DNA of 64,000 nucleotides, from IMG/VR virus record IMGVR_UViG_2651870170_000001; one strand, given 5' to 3'. A program made the position numbers and the translations under genes. The stretch is from an uncultured virus (IMG/VR IMGVR_UViG_2651870170_000001). Taxonomy: Duplodnaviria; Heunggongvirae; Uroviricota; Caudoviricetes. A model generated the notes under the pieces. The model had not been told where the DNA came from, searched no databases, and was given only the letters and a program-made list of their open reading frames with translations. Of the stretch, positions 19,054-27,877 are shown in pieces (position 1 is the stretch's first letter; every line of letters begins with the position of its first letter).

Positions 19054-19340
19054 GTGATGGATCCGCGAAGTGCTTCGAGAATGAGTCGCTCCCGGAACTC
19101 TCGGGCGCTATGGAAGGGGATTTCATTCCGTTCGGCGAACTCGGCAAACCCTTCTCGCGAAACGTATCTCAGACAGGCAGCGACGATACCGGCTTCGGTG
19201 TAGGCTCGACCTTCGTCGAGGTCTGCAAGGAAGCGGCCAGGTCCATAGGTGTGGACGATGTAATCGACCCACCCGCTACTGAAGCCGTTGCTTTTGCGAT
19301 GCCCATCCGATCCATCTTCTTGGCGGGCATCACATGACAC
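19050..19340 (-). CDS. Tail assembly chaperone GT extension (-1 frame)
   Basis: -1 frame is open from the T8 run at 19343-19350 to a stop overlapping the tape measure start. Confidence 0.55.
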   Translation of the reverse strand: MSCDARQEDGSDGHRKSNGFSSGWVDYIVHTYGPGRFLADLDEGRAYTEAGIVAACLRYVSREGFAEFAERNEIPFHSAREFRERLILEALRGSIT

Positions 19341-19756
19341 GTAAAAAAAACTAGAGCCGCCTCGAGCTCGGACCAGTCTTCGGCGTCAATCTTGCCTTGC
19401 GAGATAGCGACGTCGATCGGCATGTTTTCATAGCCGGAGGCGCCAGGAACGAGAACGGTCGTCAAGCGCTTGATTTCAGCGAGCAGAGCGGGGGTGCGCC
19501 CATCAAGTGGCTGCCCCTGTGCGTCCAGGCTGTCACGCTCGGCCGCGTCTTTCAGCCCCTCGTCTTTCAACACAAGGTTGGCGATGCGAGGGCCGGAACC
19601 CATCTGGTAATGGATGCCTTTCCTGGAAAGCGCGGCCCTGGTGGCGTTGATGACGCCATAGTTCTGTTCGTAGATGGCACGCGAGATCGGACTGTGGAAA
19701 GCCGTGAGCCCGTCGCCGAATGGCAGCGCGAGATTCAGGTTATCTGTGATCTGCAT
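19169..19756 (-). CDS. Tail assembly chaperone
   Basis: Position between tube and tape measure; TGATG coupling to tube gene. Confidence 0.7.
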   Translation of the reverse strand: MQITDNLNLALPFGDGLTAFHSPISRAIYEQNYGVINATRAALSRKGIHYQMGSGPRIANLVLKDEGLKDAAERDSLDAQGQPLDGRTPALLAEIKRLTTVLVPGASGYENMPIDVAISQGKIDAEDWSELEAALVFFTCHVMPAKKMDRMGIAKATASVAGGSITSSTPMDLAASLQTSTKVEPTPKPVSSLPV

Positions 19757-20202
19757 CAGTATGTCCACAACGACGAGTTCACCGGCAGCGCACCAGCCAA
19801 CACGAGCGTGAAGTCAGGATTGGTGCCATCGAACGGACCTGGATCAATGTGATTCGCAACGACATCCTGCAGAGCGATCGGCGGGAAGATCGACGAATCG
19901 CTATAGATCGTTGCTTCGCCGATGTTGCTGTCCGTGAGAATCTGCGACATCCAGGATACCGAGATTTGCTGCGTGCGCAGCAGCGCAATCGTGATGGTCG
20001 CGCGAATGAACGGCTCCGGCGAATTCACAAGGCCTGTACCGGTCGGAATCTGGTTGACCAGGTTGTCAGAAAACGAGATGCGGGCCAGTGCGCGGCCCAT
20101 GTTCGCGGGGATAATATTCAGCGACGCGAAGCCCGGCACGACCACCGAGCACCGGACGCGATTCAGGACGCCACGGGCGATCCCGGGATTTTGGGTAGGC
20201 AT
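19756..20202 (-). CDS. Tail tube protein
   Basis: 148 aa directly after sheath. Confidence 0.7.
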   Translation of the reverse strand: MPTQNPGIARGVLNRVRCSVVVPGFASLNIIPANMGRALARISFSDNLVNQIPTGTGLVNSPEPFIRATITIALLRTQQISVSWMSQILTDSNIGEATIYSDSSIFPPIALQDVVANHIDPGPFDGTNPDFTLVLAGALPVNSSLWTY

Positions 20203-20215
20203 TTATGGTGTCCTG

Positions 20216-21547
20216 TTAAGCGAACTGAATAGCGTCGAGTTGGACGCCGACCTGGAGGAAGCCGTTCTGGCCGACGATGTTCACGCCGAGGCCTTGGTAG
20301 ATGCCCGCTTTGTAATTGGCAGGGTTCGCCGTCGTATAGGCCTGGAACGACTGCGCCGTCACGGTGCCGGTCAATGCGCAACCGAACGAGATCGCGACAT
20401 TCAGATCGCTCTGCGCTGTCGCGGCCAACTGGTTGATCCCGTTCTGGTCATACAGCAGCGGGGGCTCTTCGTTCGAGCCATTGATGACCTCGAGCGCCAG
20501 ATCATTGACAACCCGGATCTGATACCAGTCGATCCCATACCACCATGACGACTGCGATCCATCCATCGTCATGCCCTTGAAAATACAGGTGTTGGTGATG
20601 CCACCCTGCGGCGGGACGAGGTTGATATTGCCGAATGCGGTGAGGACCGTCTGGATGTTCGCTGCGTAGCCCGTTGCCGGCCATGGCGTGACGCCCGTCA
20701 GGAAGCGATAGGCCATCGGAGCAAGTGGACTCGTCGCGCTCGGGTTGTTCACCAGCCACTGATAGAAGTGGGCAGCGGCACCGAATTCCTGCGAAGTTGC
20801 GGTCGGACTCGGCACGAACGCATAGACGCTCTTGTTCGGCGCGTACGTGCCCACGTTGGCAACGGTGGTCGTCACAAAGAAATATGTGCGACTCGTCGGG
20901 CTTGAGTATTGCGACGCGACGATATTCAACTCGGATGCGAGAGTTGCGGTACCCGCCGCACCAGTACCGCTGCCGCCGCTGAATGCGACGGTCGGAGCAG
21001 ACGTGTATCCGGAGCCCGGATTCGTGATCGTGACGCCCGTTACCGAGCCGTTGGCAATGGTTGCCGTGCCGGCTGCACCCGTGCCACCGCCGCCACCTGA
21101 GAATGCAACCGTAGGCGCTGAGGTGTATCCGCTGCCGCCCGCGGTGATCGTGACGTTGCCTACGACTTCCGACGTGTTATCCCATGCAGCAGGGACGAGG
21201 AAAGCGTAGAACGTAGCCGGATTATTGGTGATCCACGTACCCAGCGCCTCGACGCCCGCTGCACCGGACGTTTGCGTGCCCAGTTCAAGCACATAGGCGC
21301 CGACTGATTGACCTTGGGCGAAGAACGTCGTGCCCATGGTATTCAGTTCGGTATAGTTGCCCGAGCCGCTGGTTTGAAGCACGGCCTGCAATGCCGAGAG
21401 CTGGCTGCAGTAGAGATAAGTCCCGGTCGTCAGCGTAGTGCCGCCCACAGACACAAACGCGCCGCTCTGCTGTAGTTGCGACGGCGCAGGCGCGACCGTG
21501 AGAACCGCTGTCAGATTAACGATCTGCGGCGTGATTGTGTTTGCCAT
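20216..21547 (-). CDS. Tail sheath protein with inserted [10 protein letters not shown] repeat domain
   Basis: WYGIDW and [13 protein letters not shown]-terminal sheath motifs; position. Confidence 0.75.
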   Translation of the reverse strand: MANTITPQIVNLTAVLTVAPAPSQLQQSGAFVSVGGTTLTTGTYLYCSQLSALQAVLQTSGSGNYTELNTMGTTFFAQGQSVGAYVLELGTQTSGAAGVEALGTWITNNPATFYAFLVPAAWDNTSEVVGNVTITAGGSGYTSAPTVAFSGGGGGTGAAGTATIANGSVTGVTITNPGSGYTSAPTVAFSGGSGTGAAGTATLASELNIVASQYSSPTSRTYFFVTTTVANVGTYAPNKSVYAFVPSPTATSQEFGAAAHFYQWLVNNPSATSPLAPMAYRFLTGVTPWPATGYAANIQTVLTAFGNINLVPPQGGITNTCIFKGMTMDGSQSSWWYGIDWYQIRVVNDLALEVINGSNEEPPLLYDQNGINQLAATAQSDLNVAISFGCALTGTVTAQSFQAYTTANPANYKAGIYQGLGVNIVGQNGFLQVGVQLDAIQFA

Positions 21548-21558
21548 GAAGGCTCCAG

Positions 21559-21588
21559 AAAAACGAAACCCCGCTCAGTGGCGGGGCT
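21559..21588 (-). terminator. Intrinsic terminator
   Basis: CCCCGC hairpin plus T-rich tail; 16-bp core identical to the 11444 terminator. Confidence 0.55.
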
Positions 21589-21609
21589 GGGAGGGTGTGA
21601 AGCTGAGGG

Positions 21610-21903
21610 TTACGACCAGGAGACGGAGATCGTGCTTGTGGTGGGAGGCGTTACGACAATCCCTGTCGCGGTGGGGATGCCATAGAAGTAGTAGGTGCCG
21701 ACAGCTTCTGGAATCACTCCGATCTGATTGGCAACCGTATTGCCGCTTGTCGATGCAGAGTCAAAGATCGCGCCGACAGCAGTTCCAAGAGACAGGACCG
21801 AGACGACATAAACGCGGCCCGGTGAATTCTTGATAACCGCCGCAGCAGTGATGTCGAGCGTGGTGGTATTGCCGCCAGGTTGGGGCGGGAAATATTGGGG
21901 CAT
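21610..21903 (-). CDS. Small beta-rich structural protein
   Basis: GGAG RBS; between neck and sheath genes. Confidence 0.6.
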   Translation of the reverse strand: MPQYFPPQPGGNTTTLDITAAAVIKNSPGRVYVVSVLSLGTAVGAIFDSASTSGNTVANQIGVIPEAVGTYYFYGIPTATGIVVTPPTTSTISVSWS

Positions 21904-21919
21904 TTCGAAGACTCCAATG

Positions 21920-21942
21920 AAAAAAGCCCGCGCGCGGCGGGC
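21920..21942 (-). terminator. Intrinsic terminator
   Basis: GCCCGC hairpin plus T6. Confidence 0.6.
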
Positions 21943-21968
21943 AGGAACGTCCAGCGGGGATGCCCCAG

Positions 21969-22931
21969 CTAGGAAACGGTGATGGAACTGAATCCGGCAG
22001 AGAGAATCAGCCGGCGGGCGATTGCATCAGCGGTGCCCTGGTAGTACGAGGCCTGAATGACCATGATCTTTTTCATCGCCAGAACGGCGATTTCGACCTG
22101 TGTGCGCTTGTCGTCGACGATGGCCGGAGAGTTGCAGAAGCCAAAGTCATCGGTGTTGACCGAGTAGTCCATCAATGCGGCAAAGAACTGGATTGCCTGC
22201 TGATTCGTGAATCCGTAAAACGTCAACTTCACCGTGTCTCGCATCAACTGCCAACTCGGCACCTCGTAGAGAGGCGACGGATCGGCATTGGGATTCGATC
22301 GGCCGGACCAGTCGAAGAGTGGGAACGCTTGCAGCGCAATCGTCTGGTTCGGATCGATGTGCGCTGTGATATAGGGCGGCACAACGTTGTCCGGCACGAG
22401 AAAGGACGGGTAGACCGGCGCCAGACTGTTCTGTGCAAGCCAGATAGGCAGGCTGTTTGATACGATCGGACCAACCGGCAAATCTGCGGCACTGTCAATC
22501 AGTTGCGAGGCGAGGGCTGGATAGACCGCGAATCCGCGGTAATGCCACAGTCCGGCCTGCTGATAATTCATTCCGGTCGATGAGAACGCAACCTGCAGCA
22601 TCGTATCGTCAACCTGCCAGGCGCCGACCCATAATGTTCCAGGGGCAACGCTGTTCAGTTGCGAGACTTCCTGCTCGGCCGTGAATACGATCTGGTTCGC
22701 GGCGATGGTCTGGTCTTCGTCCTGCTGCCTGTCGGACAGGATGTGCAACGAACCTGCGAATGGAATCGCATAGCCAGTCGCCACCCAGAAGACATAGCCG
22801 TCTTCCGAAAACGTGTATTTCGTGTACTGCTGGAACGTAACGGTCTGATTGCTGGATATCTGCTCGAGACCACTATCAAGCGCAGCCTCTAGCTGGCTGG
22901 GCGCTGCAGATGCTTCGTTGATGATGCCCAT
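21969..22931 (-). CDS. Head closure/tail completion (neck) protein
   Basis: Position; long ORF with structural-gene codon usage. Confidence 0.6.
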   Translation of the reverse strand: MGIINEASAAPSQLEAALDSGLEQISSNQTVTFQQYTKYTFSEDGYVFWVATGYAIPFAGSLHILSDRQQDEDQTIAANQIVFTAEQEVSQLNSVAPGTLWVGAWQVDDTMLQVAFSSTGMNYQQAGLWHYRGFAVYPALASQLIDSAADLPVGPIVSNSLPIWLAQNSLAPVYPSFLVPDNVVPPYITAHIDPNQTIALQAFPLFDWSGRSNPNADPSPLYEVPSWQLMRDTVKLTFYGFTNQQAIQFFAALMDYSVNTDDFGFCNSPAIVDDKRTQVEIAVLAMKKIMVIQASYYQGTADAIARRLILSAGFSSITVS

Positions 22932-23392
22932 TATTCAGTCCAGGCGCGAAAGGATGCGGCGTAAAGACCTGTATCGACGAACTCTGCACGGGCCGGACGC
23001 TTCTTGAGTGGCTGCTTTTTGCGATGGCTCACGCCTTGATTCGCGGCCTCAACACTTTGGCCGCTGGTCTGCTTCCATTCGCGCAGATCAAGGTAATTAT
23101 TGAAGGCCCGCTCAATCTTGCCGTTGACGCTGGCACCCGAAATCATGACTTTGCCGAGACTTGTATTCAGGTCTTTGCCAAAGACGGCGAGCGGCCGACC
23201 TTGCGCCATGCTCTCGATTTCGCCCACCATGGCATCAGCCAGAAACTCGCCGATCTGATCCTCGTAAAGCTCGAGGAACGTGCGCATGATGTGATACTGG
23301 TCTTCGAGATAGCCTGCCACGTCGCCCGTGGTCTTGGTCCCCTCGCCATCTGAATACCCGACGTCAACAACCCCTAAACACAAAGTAACCAT
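22931..23392 (-). CDS. Neck protein
   Basis: RAEFVDTGLYAASF motif typical of neck proteins. Confidence 0.65.
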   Translation of the reverse strand: MVTLCLGVVDVGYSDGEGTKTTGDVAGYLEDQYHIMRTFLELYEDQIGEFLADAMVGEIESMAQGRPLAVFGKDLNTSLGKVMISGASVNGKIERAFNNYLDLREWKQTSGQSVEAANQGVSHRKKQPLKKRPARAEFVDTGLYAASFRAWTE

Positions 23393-24081
23393 TACGCAGC
23401 CTCTTCATGGGCGATGCCGACCTTTTGCAACCAATCCTCGTAGTCAAGTGCGCCCTTACTTAGATTGCAAAAGGCGCACAACCACTGAAGATTGGCAATA
23501 TAGTTTGACCCGCCACGGCTGATAGGCTGTTTGTGATCGAGATGCCTTTTCTCTACACGAAGATCAACGCAGCACTTTGGATTGGCGCATTGGTAGCCCT
23601 GTCGCTCTAGCAACTGGATCAGTTCTTCCGGAGTGTGAGACCCATCCGATTGTCCATAAGCCGCGCGCCTGGCATGATTACGAGCCGCAACCTTGTCGGG
23701 ATTACTCGCTCGCCATTTGGCATGGATTGCTTTCGTCTTGTCCGGATTCTCTGCGCGCCAGTGGCGATCCTGTTCAGCACGAAGTTCTCTGTTCTCAGCA
23801 TAGTGCCTAGCGCTTTTGGCATTGATGCGCCCTGCATTGTCCTTTCGATACTGAGAGAAGTAGTCGGCGCGCTTCGCATCCTTTGTCTTCTTCTTTTCGG
23901 GATTGCGCCTCCACCAGTCCGCGATGGCCTTCCTGTTGCGCTCCGGATTCGCCTCTTTCCACGCTTTGCTGTGTGCATTGACGCAAGCCTTACACTTTGG
24001 ATTCAGGCCATTCTTGCCACTCGAATGCTTGCCGAAGTCAGTCTCAAACTTAGACTCGCCACATTTCGTGCAAGTCTTCAT
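23392..24081 (-). CDS. HNH homing endonuclease
   Basis: KTCTKCGESK, CKAC, HLDHKQPISRGGSNYIANLQWLCAFCNLSKG. Confidence 0.9.
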   Translation of the reverse strand: MKTCTKCGESKFETDFGKHSSGKNGLNPKCKACVNAHSKAWKEANPERNRKAIADWWRRNPEKKKTKDAKRADYFSQYRKDNAGRINAKSARHYAENRELRAEQDRHWRAENPDKTKAIHAKWRASNPDKVAARNHARRAAYGQSDGSHTPEELIQLLERQGYQCANPKCCVDLRVEKRHLDHKQPISRGGSNYIANLQWLCAFCNLSKGALDYEDWLQKVGIAHEEAA

Positions 24082-24740
24082 CAGCTAGCCTCAACAATAT
24101 TCGGCCCGTACATCTGGGAATAGGCCAGATACTCTTGACCCCATGGCGTCTTGATCAGATCCAGGCCGGACATCGTCAGGCCCTTGAGAAAATCGGCAGT
24201 CACAAGCGTGTTCGACGTCGACTGGTCTGCCGACGCAGCGACAGGGCCGGCGATGAAACTCAATAGCTTGAACGCCGCGCGCTGCGCTGTAAAAAATGTC
24301 TGCCCAGGCTGGTCCTGTCCGATCTTCAACAGTTGATGCATGCCGAAGTTATAGACTGCCATGACGTACAGAATCGCCGGCAAGGTAGCAGGCGGAATCA
24401 GCGTCACGCCAATGGCAATGTTGAATGCCCATTGCAGATATGGCGACAGCGTCAATGCGCTCGCCGCATTGATCGCTTCAGGCGGCGCAGGGGAAACGGT
24501 TCCGCTATTCGTGCCGCCGTTCCACGTCACCAGATATGTATTCGCAGGAATGCCGGGGCCAACCAGCGCCGACCCGACTGCGATTGTCCCGGTGGTGCCG
24601 GTTGCGGTCAGGTTGCCCGACACATCAATGCCGATTGTGCTCAGCGTGCCGCTAGGCAGATCAGCCGGCGGCACACCCTGATCGAGCACGAATGCAGCGA
24701 AGTCCGAAACGTTCGGATGGGTTGGGTTGGCAAAGCTCAT
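24081..24740 (-). CDS. Head-tail adaptor protein
   Basis: YNFGMHQL, KTPWGQEYL motifs; position. Confidence 0.7.
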   Translation of the reverse strand: MSFANPTHPNVSDFAAFVLDQGVPPADLPSGTLSTIGIDVSGNLTATGTTGTIAVGSALVGPGIPANTYLVTWNGGTNSGTVSPAPPEAINAASALTLSPYLQWAFNIAIGVTLIPPATLPAILYVMAVYNFGMHQLLKIGQDQPGQTFFTAQRAAFKLLSFIAGPVAASADQSTSNTLVTADFLKGLTMSGLDLIKTPWGQEYLAYSQMYGPNIVEAS

Positions 24741-24949
24741 TACACCGCCGTCTGAACGATTTCACCGCCAGAAGCCATGTAATCAGGCAGGTCGGCTGCT
24801 GCTGGCATTACGGCAATGAACGGCGTGCCGCACACCTCGGCGAGTTTGCGCGGAGCGAACGCCCACACGCACCATTGCCCGGTCACTGTGATCTTCATGC
24901 CCTTTGCCATGAGCGCCCTTACTTCTTCAGCACGAGTCATGGTTTCCAT
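24740..24949 (-). CDS. Hypothetical protein
   Basis: ORF tightly packed between neighbours. Confidence 0.55.
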   Translation of the reverse strand: METMTRAEEVRALMAKGMKITVTGQWCVWAFAPRKLAEVCGTPFIAVMPAAADLPDYMASGGEIVQTAV

Positions 24950-24951
24950 AG

Positions 24952-25473
24952 TCAGATCGGCAACTTGGCGGTCCGGTTATCCGCATGGCCGTCCTCGGCA
25001 ATGGTGAGGTGCATCTTCACCTCATTGCCTGTGGCCTTCTGCCGCGGCGGGATGTCCTGCTCCACGGTGATTTCAGTAATCTTCGCAAGGCGTTTGCGCT
25101 TATCTTTCGGAGCGCGGTTCGCTGTGTCGAAGGCGAGGGCCGATTTCGTTGCTTCCGACGCCGATCGGTATTCCTGATGCTCAACCAGGGCTTCGTTGCC
25201 CTGATAAATCTGGTCTTCCGCGACCGGCTTGCTGACGTTGTATAGAAGGCCAGCGAACTCCGGAAGTTTGCGGCTCGTCTCATTGGCGCGACGAAAGCCA
25301 CACTTCTCGAGATGCTCAATGAAGCCCTCAACCTGAGAATCCGTCCAGTTGTCCCCTACCAGTACTTGCCGGCCAGAATCAATTTCAGCCATCGAAAGCT
25401 TGTTGCTTTCACGCAAGCGGTAGCAGTGCTTGAGGTGTTGCTGAGTGCAATTTGCCAGATAGATCTTTGCCAT
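24952..25473 (-). CDS. Hypothetical head-associated protein
   Basis: MAKIYLANCTQQ start with AGGGA RBS; follows capsid region. Confidence 0.65.
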   Translation of the reverse strand: MAKIYLANCTQQHLKHCYRLRESNKLSMAEIDSGRQVLVGDNWTDSQVEGFIEHLEKCGFRRANETSRKLPEFAGLLYNVSKPVAEDQIYQGNEALVEHQEYRSASEATKSALAFDTANRAPKDKRKRLAKITEITVEQDIPPRQKATGNEVKMHLTIAEDGHADNRTAKLPI

Positions 25474-25568
25474 GACGGTATTCCCTGTGAAATCCCTGTG
25501 CACGGATGACCATGCCAACCCGCACAGGGGACGGGCTTTCGGCTCCGGAGCCTAGGCATGGTCAAAAC

Positions 25569-25592
25569 AAAAAGCCCGCACTGGGCGGGCTT
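25569..25592 (-). terminator. Intrinsic terminator
   Basis: AAGCCCGC hairpin plus T-run. Confidence 0.65.
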
Positions 25593-25615
25593 CGTAGATT
25601 CGTTATGCTGCTTTG

Positions 25616-26149
25616 CTAGAGCAGGAAACCTTGCTCTTGCATGAATTCTATTGGGTCTTTCGCATGCTTCCGCATGTTGCAGCGTGGGTGCAACAACTGC
25701 AAATTCATCCAGTCGTTGGAGCCACCACGCGCGAGCGCAATTCTATGATCGACGTGGTAGACGTTATTCAGAGGCTTATGGCAAACGGCACAACATCCGC
25801 GCTGAAGACCTAACAGGCGCTTGATGTCTGCTACGGTATGCGTTCCAGGAGCAGACTTTTCAATGGCGCGACGTTTCCGTCTTTGAAGTCTCCCGGACTC
25901 CGGATTTTCCCGGTTCCATTGCTTGCAATATTTGAGGTGCTGCTCTTTATTGGAGGATTTCCACTTGCGCGCATGCACTCTCGTAGCGATGGAGTTGATT
26001 TTGTTCCATGCCGAATGAGCGATGCTCTGACATTCTTTGCAATATGATCGGAGCCAACCTTTGCTCTTATCCTTGAACCCGTATGCCGAAAACGGCTTTT
26101 CGATCTTGCAAGTTGAGCAAATTTTGGATGCTACAATGGATGTAGACAT
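25616..26149 (-). CDS. HNH homing endonuclease
   Basis: KICSTCKIEK, CKEC, HVDHRIALARGGSNDWMNLQLLHPRCNMRK. Confidence 0.9.
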   Translation of the reverse strand: MSTSIVASKICSTCKIEKPFSAYGFKDKSKGWLRSYCKECQSIAHSAWNKINSIATRVHARKWKSSNKEQHLKYCKQWNRENPESGRLQRRKRRAIEKSAPGTHTVADIKRLLGLQRGCCAVCHKPLNNVYHVDHRIALARGGSNDWMNLQLLHPRCNMRKHAKDPIEFMQEQGFLL

Positions 26150-26236
26150 GAGGGCCTCTTGTATAGGTTTCTCAGGTTTAGAGGCCCCTCGCGATTCGCA
26201 GTCGCTTGGGGCTTCGTCATTTTACGCTTCTAAATC

Positions 26237-27262
26237 CTAATACGGCAACGATAAGAGATAGAGTCCTTGGGGTCTGATACACCAGCCACTGGTTATTCTC
26301 ATCTGTTGCACTTCGGTGATCGCCCCGTCCGGGATCGGAGTCGGGATCTTCATCGGAGCAGCCATGTCGGCGTACTGCAGGTTCACCGCCTTCGTGGCTG
26401 GCTGGATATCGCCGAACACGTTGGTGTTGATCCCCGGCATATCCGGCTGCTCGATTTCGGGAATGGTCATGATGACCATATCCGCGCCGCCCGCGCCCTT
26501 GCCGATCAGCGTATCGTCGTAGTAATACTCGACTTCATCGCCGGCTTCACGCGCCACGTTCTGAACCACTTCAGCCGTGGTCGACGTGCCTGCACCAGGA
26601 CGTTGATATGCCACCACCTGAACGATGTTGGCGAGCTGGAACTGCAGCAAAACGCGTTGCGGGCCGATGAAGCGGATGCGGTTCGTGATCTGCGCGCCGG
26701 ACTGATACATGCCCGACTTCAGGTTCACGATCTGGCTCAGCAGCCACAGCGACATTGCACCGTTGTCGTAAGTGACGACGGTTGTGTTGCCGTACTCATC
26801 CGGCGGAAGCGTGACCGAAGTAGCGCCAGCCGTATTGATGAGGCCTTCGCCGTTCGCCGGTTGATAGCCGTAAAGCAGACCTGTACGCATCTGTTGATAG
26901 ATGCCCTGGCGAGCCGCCAGATCCTGTGCGGCAGGCAGGCTTACGGCATAGTGAGCAGCCGCAGCGATGTCCTGCTCATCCCAGATCGAGCGGGTACGTA
27001 CGAGGTACGTCTGCGTACCGTAGTACGTGCCCTTCAGGGTTGCCGAAGGCAGGTAGTTGGCACCAGCCTGCGCCGAAAGCGTCTCAGTGCGCAGATCGAG
27101 TGCATTGATGTACACGTACAGATCGTCCTTGCTGATCTTGACGCGCGGCTTGCCGCCTTGCAGGGCGGCGAATGCACCCGACGCCTGGGCATAGGTGACG
27201 ATCAGGTCCGGCTCCGAGAAATGCGGGGAGACCCGGGTCTGTGCGGGGAAGAGGTTTGCCAT
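26237..27262 (-). CDS. Major capsid protein
   Basis: 341 aa after decoration gene, strong AGGAG RBS, strong codon bias, LLYG motif. Confidence 0.8.
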   Translation of the reverse strand: MANLFPAQTRVSPHFSEPDLIVTYAQASGAFAALQGGKPRVKISKDDLYVYINALDLRTETLSAQAGANYLPSATLKGTYYGTQTYLVRTRSIWDEQDIAAAAHYAVSLPAAQDLAARQGIYQQMRTGLLYGYQPANGEGLINTAGATSVTLPPDEYGNTTVVTYDNGAMSLWLLSQIVNLKSGMYQSGAQITNRIRFIGPQRVLLQFQLANIVQVVAYQRPGAGTSTTAEVVQNVAREAGDEVEYYYDDTLIGKGAGGADMVIMTIPEIEQPDMPGINTNVFGDIQPATKAVNLQYADMAAPMKIPTPIPDGAITEVQQMRITSGWCIRPQGLYLLSLPY

Positions 27263-27274
27263 GTGATGGGCTCC

Positions 27275-27877
27275 TTAGATCGAGATCATCGCAGCGGCGC
27301 CCGACGTCCAGGTCAATGCCCCGGTCCCCGAGTTGTAGCTAACGATCTGGCTGTTGGAATTGAGCGAAAGGATGCGAGTCGTCGCCGGCAATGCAAACGC
27401 GCCGCTCGCACCCGATGCCGTGAGTTGCTGGAGTGCCGGGTCCCAGTACAGCGTCTGGTTGATCGCGCCACTATCTAGTGTGGCAACGATGGAACTGAGC
27501 ACGGAGACGGCAATGCGGGCATTCGAGCCGGTGCGGAAAAAATTCACCGTCATCCCCGCAACGGCTTGCTGCACGCTGTTGCCCGGGATGATCACCATGT
27601 TGTTGGCCTGATTGAAGACCGTCATGCCGGTGAAGTTGCCTGCGGCGCTAGCCAGCACAAGCGAGTTGCCCAATGCGTTTGCGTTCACCGTCGCGACTTC
27701 TTCGGTGATCGCCATGCCGCCCCAGACGGGTTGCGTGACGCTGGCAGCAACAACGCCGCTCATCAGCCAGTTCTTGGTGCTTGGATCGTCGAAGAACGTG
27801 CCGCCGACGTAGCCTTCCGTCGACTGGACGAAGGTGTTCTGCGGCGCCGAGGTGAGCGCCGGATTGAAGTTAATCAT
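27275..27877 (-). CDS. Head decoration/cement protein
   Basis: Position between protease-scaffold and capsid; PVWGG motif. Confidence 0.7.
   Translation of the reverse strand: MINFNPALTSAPQNTFVQSTEGYVGGTFFDDPSTKNWLMSGVVAASVTQPVWGGMAITEEVATVNANALGNSLVLASAAGNFTGMTVFNQANNMVIIPGNSVQQAVAGMTVNFFRTGSNARIAVSVLSSIVATLDSGAINQTLYWDPALQQLTASGASGAFALPATTRILSLNSNSQIVSYNSGTGALTWTSGAAAMISI

Noticed and set aside
26267..27478. 403-aa plus-strand ORF
   Set aside because: Antisense shadow of the codon-biased capsid and decoration genes; no motifs.
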